This document shows, one piece after another, positions 58,745-64,000 of a stretch of 64,000 nt of DNA. The notes beneath the pieces were generated by a model, which had not been told where the DNA came from, did not search any database, and was given only the letters and a program-made list of their open reading frames with translations. How positions within the stretch are numbered: position 1 is the stretch's first letter; the number at the start of each line of letters is the position of its first letter. Location: NCBI GenBank assembly GCA_033764615.1, contig JANRIU010000095.1:2774-66773 (forward strand). Direction: 5' to 3'. Origin of the DNA: Gemmatimonadales bacterium. Its GTDB lineage: Bacteria; Gemmatimonadota; Gemmatimonadetes; Gemmatimonadales; GWC2-71-9. Both the position numbers and the translations under genes were made by a program.

Positions 58745-59433
58745 CCGACGCCCTTCACGTACGTGCAGCCGTGGTGCTGCGCGCGGCTGATCGCGGAGAC
58801 GGCGGCGGGCACGATGCGGCAGCCGGGCGCGAGGTTCCGCTCGTAGTCGGCCAGCACCTCCGCCGGATCGATCCCGCTCGCGCGGGCGGAGCGGCCGGCG
58901 ACGCGCTTCGTGGCGTTGTGGCAGACGAGGATGATGGTGCCGCGCGCCTGCAGCTGCTGCATCGCATCCTCGAGCGCGAGCCCGTGCTCGGGGTCGCCCG
59001 CGTACCACGCGTTGCGCAGCGCCGGCGCCCTGGTGGCGGGGTCGGTGAGCTTGAGCGCATCGCCCACCTTGTACTTCGCCCAGATCGCGTCGTTGAACGC
59101 GAACTCCGTCGCCGAGCCATGCAGGATCGCCACGGCCTGCACCTCGGCGGGCTTGATCCCCCACCCCTCGGTCCAGCCGTTGAGGAAGCGCCGCAGGAAG
59201 CCCCACGCCTGCCCGTCCGCGTGCGACGAGATGTCGAACGCCTGCCGCACGGGGGCGCGCAGCTCCCGGAGCCACGACTCGTCGTAGGTCGTGGTGACCT
59301 TCGGCTCCTTCCAGCCCGTGGCGGATGCCGGCGTGGCGGAAGCGGCGGACGGCAGCGAGACGAGGGCCGCGAGGCTGGCACCCGCACGCGCCAGGAAGCC
59401 GCGACGCGGGGCGGAGTCGGGGGAGAGGGGCAT
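58741..59433 (-). CDS. Tat-exported protein, DsrE/DsrF-like (COG1416-type) candidate
   Basis: ORF trimmed to Met55 (MPLSPDSAPRRGFLARAGASLAALVSLPSAASA, a twin-arginine signal), giving 230 aa. The pattern VAILHGSATEF...L.ARGTIILVCHNAT...IVPAAVSAISRAQHHGCTYVK resembles DsrE-like proteins (vahG.g...GV.f.vC.n....vpsgv..l..lq..Gy.Yik). Confidence 0.5.
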   Translation of the reverse strand: MPLSPDSAPRRGFLARAGASLAALVSLPSAASATPASATGWKEPKVTTTYDESWLRELRAPVRQAFDISSHADGQAWGFLRRFLNGWTEGWGIKPAEVQAVAILHGSATEFAFNDAIWAKYKVGDALKLTDPATRAPALRNAWYAGDPEHGLALEDAMQQLQARGTIILVCHNATKRVAGRSARASGIDPAEVLADYERNLAPGCRIVPAAVSAISRAQHHGCTYVKGVG

Positions 59434-59443
59434 GGATGAGTAT

Positions 59444-59571
59444 AGGCGGACGGGCGGACGAGCGGTCAGGCGGAAGAGGCAGCGGCTTGTCCCCTGCGAC
59501 TGTCGCCGCCTCACCGAGGAGACGGTAGCCCGACGAACCGTCCGCCTGACCGCTCGTCCGCCCTTCCGCCT
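59444..59571. repeat. 128-bp element: 31-bp terminal inverted repeats (30/31 match) around a 66-nt spacer, flanked by TA on both sides
   Basis: The left arm (59444..59474) is aggcggacgggcggacgagcggtcaggcgga. The reverse complement of the right arm (59541..59571) is aggcggaagggcggacgagcggtcaggcgga. It lies between the NMO stop and the DsrE-like start, and its right end contributes to the NMO TAG stop. Confidence 0.85.
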
Positions 59572-60976
59572 ACGCGAGCAGGTACTCCAGCACATCCCCC
59601 GCCGTGTACGCCGTCCGCCCGTCGAGGAACGTCCCCGCCGCGAGCAGGCCGTCGCCGCTCGTGAGGAGGGGCGGCTCCACGCGGCCGTCGGGGCGCACCT
59701 GGCCGAGCGCGATGTCGGCCATCAGGACGTTGCAGAGGCAGCGGCGGCCGCACGTCTCGGCCTCCTCGCCCCCCTTCTGCACGAAGGCGCGTACCGGCTC
59801 CGCGGCGCAGCGGTAGCCGAGCCGGCCGTCGTCGCGGTGGTAGACGACGCGGAGATAGCCGAGGTCGCAGATGCGCTCGCGCTCGGTGGACGGCGCCTCC
59901 GGCCAGCGCACCACCTTGAACGGGTACCCCGTGGGCGAGGCCTGCGCGTCGGTGTAGACGTCCACCTCGCCACGCTGCACCGCCTCCAGCACCGAGCGCT
60001 TGAGCGACGCCTCGAGCCCGCTCTCCTCGGCGTAGGCGAAGAGCGTCCCCACCTGGATGCCGGCCGCGCCCGCGGCGAGCGCGGCCCGCCGCTCCGCCGG
60101 CCCGCCCGCGCCCCCCGCCACCCAGAACGGCAGCCCGAGCTCCGCGAGCGCCGCGAGGTCGACCGCGTCCCGCGGGCCGTAGAGGGGCTCGCCGCGCTCG
60201 TTGAACACCGGCGTGCCCCGCGGCGGCGCGTTGTGCCCGCCGGCCGTGGCACCTTCCACCACGAAGCCGTCCACGCGGCCGTTGGCCTTGCGCGCGAGCA
60301 TCGTCGCGAGCGAGTTGCTGGAGACGATCGGGAAGAACGCGGGGCGCGCGAGCGGCGCGGGCAGCTCCGTCCAGCACGCCGACGGGTCGAGCGAGAGGTA
60401 GACCGGCTCCGCCGCGCCGCCGCCGATCGTCTCGAGCCGCATTCTCGCCGGCCGGTGCTCCGCGAAGGCGTCGAGCACGCCGGGCACCTCGCGCGGGATG
60501 CCGGCGCCCATGATGACCACGTCCACGCCGGCCAGCATCGCGCCGTAGAGGCTCGCGAGCGTCGGGAACTGCACCTTCGTGAGGAGGTTCATGCCGACGA
60601 CGCCGTCGTGCCCCTCCTTCGCCAGCGCCACCTCGCAGAACGCCGCGAGCATCGTCAGCTGCTCGCGCGCGAGCGGCACGCCGACGTGGTACATCGGCAG
60701 CAGGCGGTACGGCGCATCCGGCGCCCGGCCGCCCTCGATGAACCAGTCACGCTCCGCGTCCTCCGCCACCTCGGCCATCGGGAAGCGCGCCATCACGCGC
60801 CGCAGGTCGCCGTCCGGGTCGCCGTCCTGCAGGCGCCGCACGAAGACCGTGTCGATCCCCGTGCCGGAGACCACGCCGAGCTGCCCGCGCGACGCGACGG
60901 CGCGCGCGAGCCGCCAGTCGGAGATGCCGATCCCCATGCCGCCCTGGATCACCTGTGGCCATGCGCCAGTGTGCAT
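59570..60976 (-). CDS. Nitronate monooxygenase / 2-nitropropane dioxygenase family FMN enzyme (long form)
   Basis: This is the C-terminal 468 aa of the 1256-aa fused ORF, starting at MHTGAWPQ with a GAGGAGG RBS. It has VIQGGMGIGIS, GVDVVIMGAGIP, FVVEGATAGGHN and AAGIQVGT. Confidence 0.8.
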   Translation of the reverse strand: MHTGAWPQVIQGGMGIGISDWRLARAVASRGQLGVVSGTGIDTVFVRRLQDGDPDGDLRRVMARFPMAEVAEDAERDWFIEGGRAPDAPYRLLPMYHVGVPLAREQLTMLAAFCEVALAKEGHDGVVGMNLLTKVQFPTLASLYGAMLAGVDVVIMGAGIPREVPGVLDAFAEHRPARMRLETIGGGAAEPVYLSLDPSACWTELPAPLARPAFFPIVSSNSLATMLARKANGRVDGFVVEGATAGGHNAPPRGTPVFNERGEPLYGPRDAVDLAALAELGLPFWVAGGAGGPAERRAALAAGAAGIQVGTLFAYAEESGLEASLKRSVLEAVQRGEVDVYTDAQASPTGYPFKVVRWPEAPSTERERICDLGYLRVVYHRDDGRLGYRCAAEPVRAFVQKGGEEAETCGRRCLCNVLMADIALGQVRPDGRVEPPLLTSGDGLLAAGTFLDGRTAYTAGDVLEYLLA

Positions 60977-61109
60977 CACCGCCTCCTCGAGGTGCCGAAC
61001 GCGAAGGACCCGCACCAGCCCTGCCGGTGCGGGTCCCATCGAACCTACGGGACGCAGCCTGAACGCGCCCCACGAAAACGATGAAGATGGCGTGAAGGGC
61101 CGCGGGCGC

Positions 61110-61131
61110 ACGGGCGGACCCGTCCGCCCGT
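61110..61131 (-). terminator. GC hairpin downstream of the LVIVD-repeat gene
   Basis: ACGGGCGGAC-CC-GTCCGCCCGT, located 7 nt after the stop at 61138. It shares the GGGCGGAC core with the 59444 inverted repeat. Confidence 0.45.
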
Positions 61132-61137
61132 CCGCCC

Positions 61138-63174
61138 TCAGGGCGTCAGGTTCTGCTTCGGCTCCAGCTTTGCCGACCAGAGGCCGGTGTTGAAGTCGGT
61201 GAAGAGCACGTGCCCCTTCCACGGCATCGCGTTCATCACGAACGCGGCGTTCGGCGTGTACCCCTTCGGATCGTACGGCTTGAAGACGGCGATCTCGCGG
61301 TTCTGGTCGGCGAGGTTGCCGAGCAGCTCGCCCGAGACGTCGACCACGCGGACGCCACCCTCGTAGTACGCCTGGTACAGCACGTCGTCCTCGACGATGA
61401 TGTCGTGGGCGCCGAAGTCCTCGAGGTGGTAGCGGCCGACGCCCTTCGGCTTCATCGGGTCGGTGAAGTCGACGATGTGCACGTAGCCGCCGGAGGTCTG
61501 CGGCACGCCGCCGGGCGTGAACATCTGGTTGCGGTAGTTCGTGCCCTCCCAGGTGCGGCCCTGCCGGTTCATCTCCTCGTCGCCGATGAACAGGTACGTC
61601 TTCCCCGTCGCCTTCTGGAAGTAGGGGAAGATCTCGTGGCCGGAGTTCACGTTGTAGACGTTGATGAGCTTCGGCTTCTCGATCGTGCCGCCCCACTTGC
61701 CGTTGCCGACGTCGACCACGACCGTGCCGGCGCCGCCCTGCGCGGAGTACGCGATGCCGTCGCGCACCCACAGGTCGTGCAGGCGCGCGCCGGGGTGGCG
61801 GTACTCGCTCACGTACTTCGGCTTGTAGATGTCGCGCACGTCGATGATGACGTACTTCTGGCCGCCGGAGACGGCGAACAGGTAGTCGTTCGTCGCGAAC
61901 ATGTTGTGGACGCCGCCGGTCAGCTCCTGGTCGAACGTGGCGGCGACCTTGGGGTGCGCGGGGTTGGCGAGGTCGAGGATGACCACGCCGTTCACGCGGT
62001 TCGACGCGCCCTCGCGCGAGAGCGCGCCGTAGCGGCCGTCGGGCGAGACGGTGACGTCGTTGATGGTGCGCGCGTCCACCTTCACCGAGTCGGTGCGGAC
62101 GATGTTGTTGAGGTCGGTGATGTCGAAGACGATCCCCCACCCGTCGCCGCCCCACGTGCCGACGAGGCAGTAGTCGCGCCCGTCCTTGCCCGTCCACGGC
62201 CAGAGGTCGGAGGTGTGCGTGTTCGTGATGGAGCCGCGGCTCGTGACGGAGATGCGCCGGCGGACGTCGCGCGGCGTCACCTCGAGCGTCGTCTCGGCGA
62301 TCGCGGTGCCCGAGCGGGCGGCGATCGTGTACCGGCCGGGATGGTTGCCGGTGAAGAGGCCGTACTGGATGATCCCCGCGCCGCCCGGGACGCCCGGCGC
62401 GACGAGCGAGTCGTCCGGCTCGTAGCTGTACGTCCACGTGATCGGCGCATCCTTCACCTCGGCGCCGTTCGCCCGCTTCGCCGACGCCTTCAGCGCGACC
62501 ACGTCGCCCGTGCGGAGCGCCTGCTGCGGGATCGCGAGGTCGATGCGCGTCACCGGGTTCGCCACCACGGTGTAGGCGAGCGTCCCCTTCTGCCCCTCGG
62601 CCTCGGCGGTGATCGTCACGGCGCCGGGCTTGAAGGCGCGGACGTTGCCGAACCTGTCCACCTGCGCGATGGCCGGGTTCGAGCTCCGCCAGGTGCCCGT
62701 CAGGCCGGGCCGCTCGCTGCCGTCCGCCTGCACGCCGACCAGCTTGTGGCCGATCGTGACGCCGGTGTAGAGCTTCCCCTCCGTGGCCGCGACGACCTTG
62801 AGCCCGTTCAGCTGCGGCCAGGTGATCGTGACCGGGATCTCGAGCGTGACCGGCGGGGCGCCCGCCGCCCCGACGGCGCTGGCGATCGCCTTGTAGCTGC
62901 CCGCCTTGTACGCCTTGAGCTGCCCGTTGCCGTAGCCGAACGCCTGGCGCGGCCCCGCCACGCGGACGACCGCCAGCGGGAGCTCGGCACCCTTCGCGTC
63001 GTAGGCCATCACGCGGAGGTTCACCGTCTCGCCCGCCTTCATCGTGACACTGGCCGGGTCGGCGACGAGCTTCGCGACCGGGGGCGGCTCCTGGGCCGCG
63101 AGCGGCGCGGCGAGGGCCGTCACGAGGGCGAGGACCGGCGTGACGCGCCGGACGGCACGCATTACAATCCGCAT
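61138..63174 (-). CDS. Secreted protein with N-terminal Big_2 Ig-like domains and a C-terminal LVIVD-repeat beta-propeller
   Basis: 678-aa ORF with a signal peptide (VLALVTALAAPLAAQ). It has three Ig-like segments (e.g. WRSSNPAIAQVDRFGNVRAFKPGAVTITAEA). LVIVD-type repeats are present (VVILDL, YVIIDV, VVVDV, VHIVDF, VRVVDV). Confidence 0.85.
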   Translation of the reverse strand: MRIVMRAVRRVTPVLALVTALAAPLAAQEPPPVAKLVADPASVTMKAGETVNLRVMAYDAKGAELPLAVVRVAGPRQAFGYGNGQLKAYKAGSYKAIASAVGAAGAPPVTLEIPVTITWPQLNGLKVVAATEGKLYTGVTIGHKLVGVQADGSERPGLTGTWRSSNPAIAQVDRFGNVRAFKPGAVTITAEAEGQKGTLAYTVVANPVTRIDLAIPQQALRTGDVVALKASAKRANGAEVKDAPITWTYSYEPDDSLVAPGVPGGAGIIQYGLFTGNHPGRYTIAARSGTAIAETTLEVTPRDVRRRISVTSRGSITNTHTSDLWPWTGKDGRDYCLVGTWGGDGWGIVFDITDLNNIVRTDSVKVDARTINDVTVSPDGRYGALSREGASNRVNGVVILDLANPAHPKVAATFDQELTGGVHNMFATNDYLFAVSGGQKYVIIDVRDIYKPKYVSEYRHPGARLHDLWVRDGIAYSAQGGAGTVVVDVGNGKWGGTIEKPKLINVYNVNSGHEIFPYFQKATGKTYLFIGDEEMNRQGRTWEGTNYRNQMFTPGGVPQTSGGYVHIVDFTDPMKPKGVGRYHLEDFGAHDIIVEDDVLYQAYYEGGVRVVDVSGELLGNLADQNREIAVFKPYDPKGYTPNAAFVMNAMPWKGHVLFTDFNTGLWSAKLEPKQNLTP

Positions 63175-63224
63175 GACCCACCTTCCATCGATTGTTCGGG
63201 CGAGAGAAACGGGAGCGACTGCCC

Positions 63225-64000
63225 ATGATGACGCACTCCGGCCTCCGGCGCAAGACGACGCTCGCCGCGGCGCTCGCGCTGCTCGCCCCCGCGGCGCTCG
63301 CGGGGCAGGCGGCGGCCCGGCCCGAGCCGCCCACCCGCACCTACTGGGTGTACGTCGGCGCCGAGTCGGCCGACCTGCTCCACCGCATCCGCTTCGGCCC
63401 CGGCGGCGCCGTGGTCGAGAAGACGTTCGAGGTCGGCGAGCAGGCCGCCGAGATGGAGGGGCCGCACGGGCTCCAGGTCTCGCCGGACGGGAAGTTCCTG
63501 TTCATGACCACCGGCCACGGCGCGCCGGACGGGAAGTTCTGGAAGTACGCCATCCCCGCCGACACGCTCGTCGGGCCCGGCATCTTCCTCGGGAACTTCC
63601 CCGCCTCCATCGACGTCACGCCGGACGGCCTCTACGCCATCTCGGCGAACTTCAACGCGCACGGCGACATGGTGCCGTCCTCGCAGTCGGTGGTCTACAC
63701 GCCCGACAACGTGGAGGTGGCGCGCATCGTGACGTGCGTGATGCCGCATGGCAGCCGCGTCTCGCCCGACGGGCGGCGGCAGTACTCGGGCTGCATGATG
63801 GACGACCAGCTCGTCGAGATCGACATGGTGAACTTCCGCGTCTCGCGCCGCTTCTCCCTCGCGAAGGGGAAGGAGGGGCCGATCAGCATGGCGGGCGACG
63901 CGCCGATGGCCACGGCGCACACGCACGCGAACGGCCGGTCGCACCAGCACGACGCGCCCGCCGCGCCGACCGGCTCGGCACCCGCCGCTCCCGTCGTCGA
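63225..64000 (+). CDS. Secreted YVTN/lactonase-type beta-propeller repeat protein; 3' end cut by the window edge
   Basis: Not in the ORF track because there is no stop inside the window. Manual translation gives MMTHSGLRRKTTLAAALALLAPAALAGQ...PHGLQVSPDGKFLFMT...IDVTPDGLYAISANF...PHGSRVSPDGRRQYSG...ATAHTHANGRSHQHD. A GGGAG RBS is present. Confidence 0.65.
   Translation, partial: MMTHSGLRRKTTLAAALALLAPAALAGQAAARPEPPTRTYWVYVGAESADLLHRIRFGPGGAVVEKTFEVGEQAAEMEGPHGLQVSPDGKFLFMTTGHGAPDGKFWKYAIPADTLVGPGIFLGNFPASIDVTPDGLYAISANFNAHGDMVPSSQSVVYTPDNVEVARIVTCVMPHGSRVSPDGRRQYSGCMMDDQLVEIDMVNFRVSRRFSLAKGKEGPISMAGDAPMATAHTHANGRSHQHDAPAAPTGSAPAAPVV

Noticed and set aside
59441-59574. Confident call of the 128-bp inverted-repeat element as a MITE on the basis of TA flanks
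   Set aside because: A 2-bp flank match is weak evidence, and only one copy is visible in this window. It is kept as a repeat with open interpretation rather than annotated as a mobile element.

Overview
This is a very GC-rich (about 70%+) bacterial chromosomal window. It is densely coding, and many genes are translationally coupled through ATGA, GTGA or TGATG start/stop overlaps. The gene content (PEP-CTERM proteins, LVIVD/Big_2 and RCC1 beta-propellers, paired periplasmic amidohydrolases next to a TonB receptor) suggests a Gemmatimonadota- or Acidobacteria-like soil bacterium. That lineage call is inference only. Because of the GC content, the six-frame track holds many long Arg/Ala/Pro-rich shadow ORFs. 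Several true neighbouring genes are also fused into giant stop-free ORFs. I trimmed those to internal starts using signal peptides, RBS motifs and overlap junctions.

Supported content:
- A group-1 membrane-bound [NiFe]-hydrogenase operon (small subunit, large subunit, cytochrome b), led by an unknown small membrane protein.
- A five-tRNA cluster (His-Trp-Glu-Glu-Lys) with one terminator hairpin.
- A T1SS-like ABC/HlyD/TolC operon whose ABC ATPase motifs are degenerate.
- Amino-acid catabolism genes: hppD, hmgA, acetoacetyl-CoA synthetase, a tryptophanase/tyrosine phenol-lyase family enzyme, hutUGI, eutBC, an acyl-CoA oxidase and an aminotransferase.
- Two PEP-CTERM proteins, a chemoreceptor (MCP) and a multi-PAS hybrid histidine kinase.
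- A TonB receptor with two amidohydrolases.
- A 1108-aa GH18-like/CE4/GT2 exopolysaccharide synthase fusion with a coupled 67-aa protein.
- An SRAP (SOS response-associated peptidase) and two VOC (glyoxalase-fold) enzymes.
- A Tat-exported DsrE-like protein coupled to a TsdA-like diheme cytochrome c.
- A nitronate monooxygenase and several secreted beta-propeller or beta-helix proteins.

I saw no CRISPR array, transposase, integrase or recognisable defence system.

The most unusual items are:
1. The ABC exporter with dead-looking nucleotide-binding motifs.
2. The periplasmic DsrE-like/TsdA-like pair.
3. The single-polypeptide EPS machine and its small partner.
4. A 128-bp element with 31-bp terminal inverted repeats.
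5. Recurrent G-run/C-run intergenic modules.

All functional calls come from motif recognition by eye. No database search was run.
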